DNA from: Pavona decussata | Taxonomy: Eukaryota | Length of the DNA stretch: 64,000 nt | Direction of reading: 5' to 3' | NCBI GenBank assembly: GCA_977016875.1 | Contig: CDRNST010000080.1 | Location: 2,790,001-2,854,000, forward strand | Part shown: piece after piece, positions 1 to 13,100 of the stretch | Layout: each line of letters starts with the position of its first letter | Position numbering within the stretch: position 1 is the first letter of the stretch | Program-made: the position numbers and the translations under genes | The notes under the pieces: generated by a model | The model's input: the letters and a program-made list of their open reading frames with translations, nothing else | Database searches by the model: none | What the model was told of the DNA's origin: nothing

Positions 1-262
1 TAAAGATGCATAATAAAGTTTTTGGTTTAGGCAAAGTTAATTAAGACAACCCAGGAGTCAAATTTCTGGAGCGGAGTTTGTTTTCAAGTCTCCCGTGGAA
101 GATAACGAGACGACAACTTGAATGCCTACGTGAAAGATTCAAAGCCGTCACGCTTTAATTAGACTCCTAAACTAAGGCACTCGGTAAAAACTTAAGCTAA
201 GGTACTAAGGTACCGAGAGTTGTAATTTCTTTCTTTTCTCTGTAAACAATGTAAGCATTAGT

Positions 263-575
263 GGAATATATGAAATACATATATTTGAACAGCGGATGAA
301 AGAATTAATAAATGAATGACCATCGCAGCTGTGTACGCAACTTTAGTATTTGCGAAATTAAAAGAAAGCCTAAAAAAAAATCATGCTTGAACGGGATTCG
401 AACCCATGACCTTTGCGATGCCGGTGCAGTGCTCTACCAACTGAGCTATCAAGCCAACCGGTAGCTGATCATGTTGTGAATTCGTAATATACCGCCGAGG
501 TGCGGTGATGAAACGGTGGAAAACATGAAATACATTTATTTGAACTGCGGATGAAAGAATATTTAAGTGAATGCT
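263..575. repeat. tRNA-containing direct-repeat unit (~255 bp period, ~1.2 copies)
   Basis: TGAAATACAT.TATTTGAAC.GCGGATGAAAGAAT at ~271 and ~526 flanks the tRNA-like sequence. Confidence 0.75.
383..455 (-). tRNA. tRNA-like sequence (Thr/Ala-derived, GGC at the anticodon position) inside a ~255 bp repeat unit; probably a pseudo-tRNA or repeat
   Basis: GGCTTGATAGCTCAGTTGGTAGAGCACTGCACCGGCATCGCAAAGGTCATGGGTTCGAATCCCGTTCAAGC has A and B boxes, mismatches in the acceptor and anticodon stems, and is followed by T9. Confidence 0.5.
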
Positions 576-1252
576 CATTTTAAGCTTAAATAAATTTGTG
601 AAAATGTCCGTAATATCTGATAATAGAAACGTTCTATCTCCATTTCCACGAGGTGTTTTTGTTCTATATATAGTATGTAGTTTTTATTTGGACGTTTCTT
701 AGATAATACAGATTGATACTTTCATACTCTGCCATTGAACTTAAACTCCAGAATAGGCCGAGAAAAATTTCAAAACCGCTCAAACTTAGGAATTAAAAGG
801 AAAGCCGAGCTTAAACCACGCGGCTCACTTTTGAGAATCTAAGTACAACTTCTTTTGTCGAGACAACACAGAAAGTCGTTTAGAATTTTGAGAAAGAAGA
901 CAGATGCTTTCTTGAATAAAAGGTCATCCTGAAAAGAGCGAGACTTAGGAAAGCCCTATTTTCATTTTGTAGAATTCTTTGCTCATTGCTTTATACGGTT
1001 TGTGGCGTCTGGAGCAACTGCCATGTTTCTTTCGTGGTTTCCTAACTTCAGTTGCCATGTGCATACATAACTCGATAGACATCCGGTGCTACGGAGGTAT
1101 AATATCTCGTGTGAAGCCAGATCTTCGTCCACTTCTTCACTGCCTTGTTTTAAATTTGATCACTACAGGAGCGGAAGAGGAAACTTAGAACGTGGGGACC
1201 TTATTAAAGCGGCGTTTGGTGAATTTCAAGAACGCGTCACAACCACAATACT

Positions 1253-1603
1253 AGGGACTTTACGCGCCCCCAACGAAAACGTCACTTGAAAATACAAGTT
1301 CGTGTTACTTGTACTACTTTGCGCTTATTACAATTCGTTCAACTTCTACAATGTGGCCGAACTATCCAGTAAAAGAACTGGTGGGAACGGTCTTCAGGTT
1401 AGCACAGAGAATGAAAATTTACTGTCATGTTCTCGCGCTCTTTACAAAACCTTGAATTTGGGCATTTCACGCTGAAGACGCCGAAGACGGCGACGAAATG
1501 TATCAAAATTTGTATTGCACGTGCACAGTATTGTTTAGCTCATTAAGCCTTTTCTTTATTGACGTTTTCGTTGCCGTCGGCGTCCTGTTTGCGTAAAGTC
1601 CCT
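1253..1603. mobile_element. MITE with AGGGACTTTACGC TIRs and a 3-bp ACT target-site duplication
   Basis: ACT|AGGGACTTTACGC ... GCGTAAAGTCCCT|ACT; same family as 57390-58025. Confidence 0.8.
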
Positions 1604-3039
1604 ACTGAAGATATTCGATGGGACGTGAGTAAAAACAAGTTACGTTTAACGCTTGTAAGGCTCCGATAAAACTGAATTGTACAAGGAGCAACGTTGACCG
1701 TTATTGGGTCAAAAATCTACTGCAGTTACATCAAAGTACCAAGCCGTACAAAAGTTCCAATAAACAGTGATGCACAACTGAATCACTTTTAACGATTTTA
1801 TCTGAAAGAAACAAGTGAAGAAGTCTGGCGGGTCTCGATAAATTTGAATTAGTTTCCCTACTGGCGATCTGTTGTCAAAATCGCTCATTAATAGTTCATG
1901 CGTAAAAGAATTAATAATTTTAACAAAACGGACTAGTGGGGTTTTGCTTCGATCCTTTTATTCAAATGCACCTAAGGACTTTTTTTTAAGTGTTTCTGTA
2001 AGCTGATTGCGTTCAGCTCCGATGGCTATTAATAAACATTTGTTCGCAAAATAGCGCAAATAAAAGAGGAACATGAATCAGCAAAAGAGTTTTATCTTAA
2101 GCAGTAAAACTTAATTCTTCTTACAGTATATACCAATTAAAGTCGGGTTTAATATACCCATAAATTTGCAAAAAAGTTTGAATAGATAAGTTGTTAAGTG
2201 GCTGTCTCCATGAGATCCTCATAACCCAAATAGATGACAAAATAGATTTGATTTAAACCTTGCATGTGAATTACACCTTGCCCGGTCACTTTAAAAACAC
2301 TTTTCGTTTCCACATAATTGTTTGAAATAGCAAAAACAGCGACTTTCACCACTTCACAGCTTCCAATAAAAAGAAGGAAGGTTATGTACAAAAATACATG
2401 TAAATCAAAAATGAGACTTTCTACAGCAAGGTTGAACGTTGTAGTTATGGAAGGACAAAGAATCGTTTTTACTTATCATAAAATGACATCGTGTGGCCAA
2501 ACGGTTTTAAGACCCGAAGGCGCTTCCAAATACTAGTGTTTCTCAATTATGCAAGTTAGTAGCCTAGACCTTGAAAAGGAAACTCATAAGAAAATTTGGC
2601 TCGAAAAATACTCTCCCACATCGGGAAAACACGGAAATAGAGTTTCGAAATACAGTAGACTGCAACTGTATGTTGGTACTCGTACGTAAATAGCTTTAAC
2701 TAACTATACGCAGCCTTCAAATGACAATAACATGCTCAAGTCACCTTTTGATGATCGGTAATTTCACTACGTTGGTAAATTGATGATACCGTCTTGATCT
2801 AAAAGAATTTATTTGAGAGCAAAGTATTAAAAATAACAAATGATCAGTATAAAGCAGCCGTGTTATACAAACTAATTTCAAGAAAACTTGCTACCGTTTA
2901 GAAAATGAAATCAACAACATGGCATTTTGTTATGTTTTTATTTGCAAATTACCTTGCTTATTCCTTCATCCTCGATCAAAAGTAGATCAACATTTTAGAA
3001 ATTATCGAGTAAAAGAAAATCCATCGCCCAGAAATTTGA

Positions 3040-4650
3040 TTGAATTCAACTTTATTTATTAATCTTAATTTTTTACATTTCATGTCACCCGCAAATAGCT
3101 AGCGAGCTAATCGAGACAGATAGCGAAACTAAACTCGATAAAAAGTGTCCTGAGAAGTTGTAACAACAATAAATACGTTGCAATAAATATTATTACCGAC
3201 AGTGATAAGTTAGTATTCCCACGTAACATTAAGGTAATGGGAAAACGTTAAAAGAAAGGCGAGAACAAAGTTACAAGTTCCACAAATCTATTTATCTTTA
3301 GATTGTTAAATGCTTTTAAAGTATAACTTCATTTTTTGAAGTATATAGTGGATGGGTCAAAATATGCGTCGTCCTTCCTTAGGATCTGAATCAGCGTCTC
3401 ATGTAATCGTTTTTTTGAAATTATTATATTTAAGTTGTTTTAGGTGTTTCGGTATGGCGTTCCACGATTTCAGCTCCCAATCTACAGAAGAAAGACTTGT
3501 ATTTCCAATCTCGAGTGTCTAATGTAAAAGTTACGGGCAGCGGCTGATCTGGTGCTATAAGCGTGAAAATCTGAAACGTTTTGAAATAGGTTTAGTATGT
3601 TTTCCGGAGCTGTATTATTTTTGACTTTGTACAGGAGATTAAAGATTGGTTCAATAAAGAGGAACTTATAGGCAAGATGTTACTTTTGATCGAGAACAGA
3701 ACCACTTACTAAACATTGCTCTGGATCAGTTATAAGAATGTTATCAATTAAAGTGCCTAAATTATTATGTACTCTAGTTGGCTTGTCGATGGTAGGCAAC
3801 AGATAAAAGCTTTGTAGAGAGAAAAGGAAATTGTGGCTATAAGTAGACTTTTCCGTTTTCAAAGAGGTCAATATTAAAGCCACCCATAATGAAAAGCAGA
3901 ATTTCCTTCATAGAGAAATAACCCAGAAATAAATTTAGCTATGGTTAATAATAAAATAATGTACGTTAAATTACTCATCTGAGCGAACTACGGCTTGACT
4001 CTGTAAAGATAGCTTCGTTAAATCATCATCTTTGTTAACTTTACGGGTCTTGAAGTTTCGTTCTTACGAAGAAAGACGACCGTGTTCTTAGCCCAACAGT
4101 ATTGGTAGCCAAATTGTGTTTTAAAGCTATTGGGCAATGAGCTTAAACGTCAGATGGTGGTAAATTCCAATACGTTCAAAGGCAATGTTCAAAGGCGGCA
4201 GCAGCGCTGAGGCAACGGGTCGTTCTGTTGTTCTCGCGAATTCACAGATGATCGGTTCGGGTTTATTTTCAGCAGCGCGTGTTCTACCTGGAACGCAATG
4301 TCGATATCTTCTTAAGATATATCATCAACGCCCAGACACGAAAAGAGTTTGACACATAAATCAAATTAGCTGCATCCTCTGAAAATTCCGTCTCGTTAAC
4401 CTGCGAGAAGCCAACAATGTATTGGTAGCTGTATTGTTGGATAGCTTCGAAAGCTTCGGAAACTGAGCTTACTGTAGTCGATATATCGGACAGCTTCTTC
4501 GATACACGTTTCATTTCTGCCTTGACGTTTCGTTTGAAAGTGCCAAGGTCGTCGTACTCTTCTGGCAAGAATTATACGCCATCTTGACGATCTTGTTTCT
4601 CTGAAGTGAAAAATTAGATTTTCGTCTTCAGGGTTTCCATGTTAAACACA
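3040..4650 (-). mobile_element. Degenerate CR1/L2-type LINE: ORF1 remnant, APE endonuclease fragment, ORF2 C-terminus and 3' tail; RT domain absent
   Basis: ORF1-like YQYCWAKNTVVFLRK (~4070-4110); endonuclease LLPTIDKPTRVHNNLGTLIDNI (3680-3883); C-terminus NNTAPENILNLFQNVSDFHAYSTRSA; 3' stem and AATAAAGTTGAATT tail at ~3040-3120. Confidence 0.75.
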
Positions 4651-5619
4651 CCGAATACAAGGTCATAACAAAGTACAGAGATATAAAAATAGAAGAAACA
4701 GAAACTCGTCATGCAGAAGTATAATGATCTTTGATGGATAAATGCACTGAGGTTCTATCAAATCCTTAGGCTTATTAAATCATTAAATCCTCCAAACCCG
4801 CTACAAATACACAGAAGTAGAGAAAAACATTTTACATACTCATGAAACCTACAAAAGGCTTAATATACGTGAGGAAGTCTCGTAGGCTTGTCACTCTTTA
4901 TTTACACATTTGAGTGCTATAGGAAAGATTGCTTTAAGGCTTGTGATTTCCTTATGGAAAATCTGGAAATAAGGTTTGGTCACTGGTTAAGATAAAACCT
5001 ATGCTAGCTGTGGAGGGGGGTTTACTCTAAATTTCCAAGAGTTCATTCGAGTCCTTCAGCCATCGTGCTTTCGTGCGTTTTTGTGCGTTTACCCCATCAG
5101 TTGCACATGGTAAAAGACTCGCTTAAGAAAGCACTCTCAGATGTTCGTTCATGCCCGATCGTTTGATCGTTCACTCGATCATTTGCCGCGTATCCGTCTG
5201 TTCACCCTGTTGTTTGTTCTTTCTTCCGCTTTTCAAGTTTTTCTCTTCCATGCAAGATTTGTTCAGTTACTGGGAGAATAGCACGACCACTTAGTATACT
5301 GCTCTTTTGTTTGCAGCCAAAAGTATTTAAACGTGTATATCGGTCTTCCTGTTATTAAACAACAAACTTGAAAGCATTTACCCTTCATTAACGTGCGAGA
5401 GGCAAGTGACTGGTCTAATTTTATATTTCCGGATCTTATGTTAACTATAGTAACTGAACAAGGCATGGAAGGTGGAAATGAGATGAAAGTTTCAATTGAC
5501 TGTTTTCTTAATTGTGCAACACTATCATTCATTTGGTGCGATTCATTGCTGAGCGGGGAAGCAATAATTTAAAAACCTGCAGCCTTTTATTAGGAAAAAA
5601 AGTGAACTACTGAACTTTT

Positions 5620-6797
5620 TGGGAGAGACTAATTTACGCTAAGCTATTCCAAGCTATTACACTTGTATTTTTGTTGAGGGGAAAAACTGTTTATTTGGAG
5701 TGATTGAATGAATATTGTTTTCACAAGATTTCACTTTTCGTAGTAAACAAAAACATCCAATTTGAGCAGATAGTTTTCTAATATTTTTTTATTAATGCCA
5801 AATGTCCCACTACACTTGTGCTATTCCCTTTACAAAATGCCTCTTTAGACGAGAAATTAGACTAAACAAACTACCCGGAACGGACACATTTTGATCCCCA
5901 ATCGCATTAGCAAGAATTAAAATTAGACTTGTAACTTTAAGTGAGTGTATATAATCTATCGTCACGTTACGTTTATCTCCAAACTAATCTAGTATTTGCA
6001 GTGTGGGATTCCGATGTGGAAAATCATTTATTGATTTATGTTTTTTAAAGAGATTTAGCAGCTATTGTAGCTGCTCTAGCTTCCTCAAGGACACTGTTCC
6101 AGAGAAAAGCTCCACTGCATGTAGGAAAAGCTGCATTTAAGCTAGTCAGTTCTCGGCCTTGGTAAGACCAGTTAACGGGCAGCGTCGTGGAAATCACAGG
6201 ACGCAGTTATCTCAAGGAACATGTCAGAAAGACAACCTGGGGCGAGCTTGTTAAAATTCTTTTAAAAAAGTTATAGAGATATTTAATTTGCTTCGTCCTT
6301 CTGACGGAAAGGGGCTCTCAGTTAAGCGAGTTGAGAAGAAGCCAAGGGTTCCCCTCATACCTAGATTTTGTTGACTCAAGCAGCACAAAACTACAGTTTC
6401 TGAAGTTTCCCACTTAGCCGTAACGACAAGTCATCCCAAACTGCATTACATTCTTTATTAGAAGAAAGCAAAACAAAACATAGACGATGAGATAAGATGA
6501 GATTTTCTATTAAATTATGGATACCTTGGGGAGACTATTATAATCAGCTATATTTTCTTTCACTATCGACTGAAAAAACTATTTCCTTGATGTGACTTAG
6601 TTGAATATTATTTTTAATGTAACTTTTCGTAATAATCTAAAACTGATCCACTGTGAGCAGATCGCTTTCTATCAATTCCTTATTAATGCCAACTAACCCA
6701 CGACAGTTCATGCCGTTCCCTATAAATATGCTTCTTCAGGCAAAAAATTAGATTAAGCCTAAGCTATACGGACCGAACACATTAATCACCTTAATCG
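5620..6797. repeat. Diverged direct duplication (~280 bp; 5620-5905 versus 6527-6797)
   Basis: Shared blocks CTTTTCGTA.TAA, GAGCAGAT, TATTAATGCCAA, AAATTAGA.TAA and CGGA.CG.ACACATT. Confidence 0.6.
6050..6430 (-). mobile_element. Highly decayed LINE ORF2 fragment
   Basis: Minus-strand SGAFLWNSV-like CR1/L2 C-terminal motif near 6090-6115. Confidence 0.35.
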
Positions 6798-7146
6798 AAA
6801 GTTGGGCGTCTAACCTAAGGTCTGCGAAATCTAATTACTGAACTAAACTTAGTTAACTACCTTAAACAAAAAGAAGAAAGCAAGGCCTCTTGTAAACTGA
6901 TATTTTCACATGACTGTGATTCTGTAATAGAACCCAAATATTGTAATTAAGTTCCAAATATCTTCAGTACATGTAATATACCAAACTTGGTTTCTACAAT
7001 GATAAAATTCTCGGCCTTGCCTTTTTCATTTTGTATTCGAAACTGTCAGATAGCTCTAGATTTTAAACCTTAACAATGAGATTTTGTTTTTAAAAGAGAA
7101 CATAGGGAAGAAGGTTATTCCTAGTAGTAGCGGTTGAAGTACTGCT

Positions 7147-10100
7147 TCAGTCTTTACCATCTGTGTGACGAACTGCAAAAAAAAAAAGCATTAACATGAA
7201 GTTCAGTTAATGGATAGTTTGTACAAAGCATATTTATAAAAGTGTTTCTGGATTTCTATCTAGATAGATCAGTCAGGACCTTACAATATTTTAGTCTATG
7301 ACTGATAAAATAGTTACAGGATTGGTTTGTTTTGCTCCAAGTGGGTGACAAAGGCTGAGTAACGGAAACGAAGGTGGTAAGAATGCAAAAAGCCAAAAAC
7401 AGGTTTTGCTTTAAGGCCTGCAAGGCACGCTAAGATTCTAGTGGCTTGTTGAATGGCTGCCAAGGAGCTTTTTTTGTCCTTTAGAATAACTTTTGCAAGA
7501 TATAAATTTAGCACATTGGTGATCTTACCGGAAAATCTCTGACACTGCTTATTAAAATAGACAAGTGTCAGTGATATGCTGAAGATCGGTACACAAAATT
7601 ATCCACTGCGAAAATTGACGACTACGTGCGTAGCGCTGGCCCTTTATTATGAGAAAAATTCAGGGGGTGGGATGGGGAGGGGGGGGGGGGTGAGAGCTGG
7701 TGGTAGGGTGTCTCGAGCCTTCAAATTTTGACGTTGAGAGTGGAGCAAAAAGCGTTACGTTTCTCTACTAGGAGCGCGGACAAAACTGCTGATTCTGGAA
7801 CCCTATAAGTACGACTTTTTTCTTTTGGAGCCCTGAACAGTCAGTGTAACCCAAGACAAGCAGGAGATTTCTGCAACCACTGCCTCTGCGTTCCGAAGGA
7901 TTCCATGGAGGGCTTGTGGGATCACTTGACTGAAGGCGGTTTACCGAGACCGGGGACCACAAACAGAGGAAAAAAAATCCTTTGAAAGGAAGAAAACCAC
8001 TGTATAAGCATCCCACTTATCCATGCATTTTTCAGTCAACTTGAAAAGTGAAAACTCACCAATTTGCTTGCAGGTTGTTTTTGAAAATTGAAAAAGCAAT
8101 ACAGTCAGCATACTGACAGCAGCTAGTGAAATTGACACCAGTGGAAATACCAGACGAACATAATCTCCACACTCTTCACAGTCTGCAGATTCACCTCTGC
8201 AACGAAAACAAAAAAAATAAGGGGGCCTATAAAGGTAGTTGCATACGTTTTAATTTGGTGCAGATATGAATGGAAAACTAGTATTTTCGATTCATTGCGT
8301 AGAACGCATCTTGTGTGAAGCCATCCAAAACGGCGTTAGCATTATTCAATTTTTCACAAAATTGTGTCATTTATTTACGATATTAGTCGGCTTACCTTCG
8401 TTCAGGGAACAGGTTTTGAATAAGCATGATCAAGGGTCCCCCTATCATATGTGAAGTGAAGCTCGAAAAGCCAAAAACGAAACCAGATGTGCTCTGAGAG
8501 GGAAAATAAAAATATATAATTTTCGCTGTAAGTTAAAATACTGAAAAATAAAAGTAATATCCTAAAGGCCTTCCTATATTTTTTCAAGAGTCTATATGAT
8601 ATTTTTTTCAGTCAGTCTAGGCCACACGTGATAAGCAATTCCAATATTAAGATTTATTTCAAATATTAAATTTCAGGTGATTATGAATGAGCACCCACGC
8701 CTTCTATTTCATTTAAGCCTTTGAAATTGTCATGGAAATATGGGCTCTTGCAACTAATTATTAATTCTTCTTTGTTCGATTTTGAATCCTTCAGACACAT
8801 TGACCTATAATTTTGGCGAATTCGTCACGTGTGACATAGATTCACAAAAACGTTGTACGCATTTGAAAATAATCTATGCTGGTTATAGAAATTCATTATT
8901 AGAACAACGAAAGGAAACCCTTTAGAATTTTGGGCAAATTGAAAGAGCCGATCTTGATATTTACAGAAAATATCACAATTTTCATATATCAAGAGAACTG
9001 CATAAGTCTGACCCTCAGTTAGCTTATAGGTGAAGTGGTGCCTCATCTGATGAAACTTAGAAGGGGTTTTTCGGGTTAGTAACCGACAAAGTCTTCAATA
9101 TTCTGATCTATTTGTGGACTTTATTGAGAATTTAACTTTTTTCTGATCAAAGAAGAGCAAGACTTCGTGATCTTCAAAGATAAAACGCAAGTTGAATATA
9201 ACGATTCTTCAGTAACTATTAACTCACTTTGCTCTCTCCAATGAGCTCTGTTGCAAAGCTAAGTGCATTAACAACCATGGAGGAAAATCCAAATCCCAGC
9301 AGCACAACGGCAGGGTAAGTCATGACGCTGTTGGACTGGGTGATGAAATAAAACCAGACAGCAGCGCAGATCACGAGAAAGGCAGCTAAGATGAAGCACG
9401 ACTGAAGCCAAGAAGAAACGAATTGGATTAGAGGTCGTTTCCACTTCTCCCCTTATCAAGTGCATTTTGGGTAGATAAGAACTCAAAGCAAATGAAACAC
9501 GGTTCAACGCTAATCATTTGAGACTGATTTTTTTTTTTTTTTTTTTGCTCAAAAACATTGAGGATTCTTGAGATCTTTTGGTGCCATGACAATTTCCTTG
9601 ATGTTTTTAGCGTTATCGATGTTGAATAGAATTTCTTAATTCACCAATATAATATTAGAAATGAAATTATGCATTGTTCAGCATATGTTGATTAGTGAGC
9701 GCAACATCTTTTTTGATAAATAGATCTGTCAGCAAAATATCGAATGTCCCGTCATCAGTTGAGGCTTACTGCCATACCTTATTTCCGATCCTTCCAACAA
9801 GTTTCTTTGAAAATCCTGATGATACCGTTGCACTTATCAGCATTATTAGTGGAAGGTAAGCAATGGATTCCTGGGAAAAAAAATGGGAATTTATATTACG
9901 GACAATTTTGTCCTGTAACCTTTTGCTCGAAGTATACGTGTTGCATATTAAATTCAGTGTTTATTAAATATAAAAAGTTTCAAAGACATCCTTTCGCAAA
10001 TAAACTGACTTTGAAACTGGTGCCAATTTAAAAACGGACAGATGGAGAGATAGATGGGGGATTATGGGCAATAAATTAAACTGAAAAATAAGACATAGGA

Positions 10101-13100
10101 GGGAAGATCCGTAATTGAAAAACTATAATACAATGAATGGATGGACTTAAGAATGGACGTATGGGCGAAAACTTACATAACTACTAAGAATGGCTATTCG
10201 AACCTTTTTAAACTTGAGGCTGTAAATGAGGAAAAGTGGCAGATAGGCGTAGGTGTTTTGTTGAAGGATCCTTGCACACGCCAAGATGATGGCCACCTAC
10301 GGGAGGAAGCAAAACAGAAACGTTAACGCAGCTACAATATTACATATAAATGACTTCTTAAAGGACTTTAATCCAATAACATAAACTGTCGTTATAGGAT
10401 GAGACCATTTACCTTGTAAAGATGAGGATCCTTAAGCCAGGCGCCCACTGTCTTGGATACAGGTGTTACTAGAAGAGCAGACTCGGGATCACTAGAGGCA
10501 TTGGAAGGCTTGCTCACTTTGCTATCTGACAAAGTACCACCATTCATTTCCAATGATTTCGGCGAAACGGTGCTCGATGGTAAGTCGTATGCGTTTTTGT
10601 CAGTGACTTTTTCTACATGAGATGGACTTGATTCTGTTTCACTGACATCAAATCCTTTATTTTCAACTCCAAGGGAGTCATTGTTTTCTGAGAAGCCTTC
10701 TTGGATACTTTTTTCGGGAGTTTCATTGGCGCTGGTCACCTCTTTACTGCTGCTTGTTTCATTTGGAACTTTCAATGTCTGTCCGTTCGCGTTGCATGGC
10801 TCTTCCAAACATGTCCCTTTGGAAGTCTTCTCGTCACCATCAGTTACTCCTGCAAGTCCGAAAAATAACGTTTATATGGAACGCTTTTTTTCCGCTTCGA
10901 CGATTAGACTTCGACGTCAACCGCTAACATTTGAGTATGAACGTGAGCTTTGTGCTGGAGGGAAGACCCAGATCAATTTCCATGCATGTGGTTGTAATAA
11001 ACTACACGTATTTCTTCGCAGCCAACTTTTTAACTTGTGATTACCCCTATCTGCATTCCAATTTGTTCCCTTTCTGGAAATAGGACAAAGCTAACGCCCT
11101 CTATGGAAAATCTCCAGAGTCAACGCTTCTTTTTCGTTGATTCCTCAGCCAATACACTGGACGCTTTTGGTAAACCTTTGTAAATCATTTAAATTTTAAA
11201 AATTTTTTAAAAAGTCGTATTCACTAGAATAGGGCATACCTGTGGCCATAGGGGACATCAATTTCACAGGAATAATCGATGCAGACGTTTTTCTCTGAAA
11301 GAGAGGGAAATTCAAGTCAAGGAAGAGATCGACCAATTTCTGAGCATACCCGATGAGCAGGAAGTCAAAACGACGCACACCAATAAAGAACCGTAATCGA
11401 CCTTCTTTGTTATTACCTGCTGTCTTTGATTGATTTGGAAAAAGCACATCAAAATGTATGCGTTTTCAAATTAAAATGCTTGTGTGGAGGGGGGCTTACC
11501 ACAAACTTTCCAGATGAAGTAAACAATTTCTTCGTCTTCTCACCAGTACGCTCTTTGGTTCCAACGTGGAAAATGAAAGTAAACAACACACCTACAGCTG
11601 TCAAAATCATGGCCAGTACCTGGAAAAGCACGAAATAATAATTTATGTCGTTTACTTACTAGGTATTGTGCCTCCACAAGGTACACTTACTCTTAAGCTA
11701 GAACTTCAGACTTTCTTTTCGGCTACTGCAGTACTTAGAAACATCAGTCTCACACAATCCTTCACGGCTTCTTTGGAACCATTGGTGTATAAATTGTAAT
11801 GTACTCAACAACATCCTAAACTGTAACTATTTTTCCACCCCGGCAAGTGTAGTAATGTCTATCTATTAGCAAGGTACTTAGACAGAAATCCCAGTATTAA
11901 CACCAACTATTCAAACAGATGAAAGGGAAAATGTTTAAAAATCGTGTAACCACTCTAGATTAGCCCATACATTAACTTAAAATGAAGTTATTAAGTCATA
12001 ATTCAGTAACAATTGTTCCATACTTTTTAAGTTTTCTAAAACAAAACTTTTAATTAAGTGTCGATGCAATAAACTGCCGTTGTGCTAATGTTTTTCCCTT
12101 GGTATGCACACGGTATTAAAGGAAATATCGCAGAGTATACGTTACCGTGAAATCCATGAAATTTTTTGCAGAAATTCGATCGCCAGTTTTTTGATCTAAA
12201 ATTGCCCAAGCCACAAGATAAGTAGTGATGCCACTTAAGTAGGTAAAGGCGGTCCTGAAAAAAGGAAAATTGGATACCAATGAGTGTGTTAAGGACGTAA
12301 ATAATGATAATCCGGGTGAGTGTAGTTCTGAGAAGGACTGTCTTTGGTGACATTGACTGATATTTCGACCACGTTTACCTGAGCGGAAGTCATAATCAGA
12401 GTTAATTAAGTAAAGTGTGAAACGTCAGTAGATGGTATAAATGTCTAGTTATTGACCTGATTGGTTAACGAAGTTCTGGTGTTATTGGCTGTAAAGACTG
12501 TAAAAAGTGATTAGTGCGTTTTGATCCGTTTTTGTGAAAAGTGAAAAGTCCGTTGGTCTATTGTTAATACAACCAGTGGTTTTGTCAATTGTTTGATTGC
12601 TATCAATAAGTCGTTTGTAAGGTGGTGTTTGTTCTAAGTTAGTAAACCAGCTTTCCAGAGTGAATGTTGATAGTAAATCGTACTATAGGTAATGCACTTA
12701 GCACAGTCCCAGTCGATTTTGTAAATGAGTGTTTTTTCTCAAGAAAATGCAGGTAAGCAAAAACAAAGCTTGGACCTCGGGTGAGAGACTTTTCCCTCAG
12801 AAGAAAAGTAACGAAAGGTTTTTCTCATAAGTAGATATTGTAAATAAGAAGGAGGAAATCATCCTTGCGAAATAATAATACAGTAGGTTTATTGGTGCGT
12901 AGTGGTAGAGCATTTTTGTCTTTTCCTTCCGTCCCCCCAAGTAAAATGCAAAAAAATGGATTTAGAAGTAAAGAAGGTGACTGGCAAACCTCAATGCACT
13001 CAATTCAACTGCCTCAGTTTGATCTTTAGCAATGACTGGCATTAGTGAAAGATGGCCAATTTCCAGTATGTTGCCTGAAACAGCCAAAAAGGTGTTCAGT

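Noticed and set aside
381-578. 65-aa ORF containing GLIAQLVEHCTGIAKVMGSNPVQA
   Set aside because: This is the translation of the tRNA-like repeat, a common spurious protein.
820-2400. Possible minus-strand exons (acceptor-like sites at ~927 and ~1165)
   Set aside because: No recognisable domain and no consistent open reading frame could be assembled.
7662-7691. Poly-G/C tracts (also 51111, 52911, 61116, 61566) as G-quadruplex regulators
   Set aside because: Homopolymer runs are common in such genomes and in MITE interiors; no further evidence.
11196-11447. Whole 83-aa ORF as an MFSD12 exon
   Set aside because: Only 11294-11240 has strong splice sites and the correct phase; the rest is probably intron.
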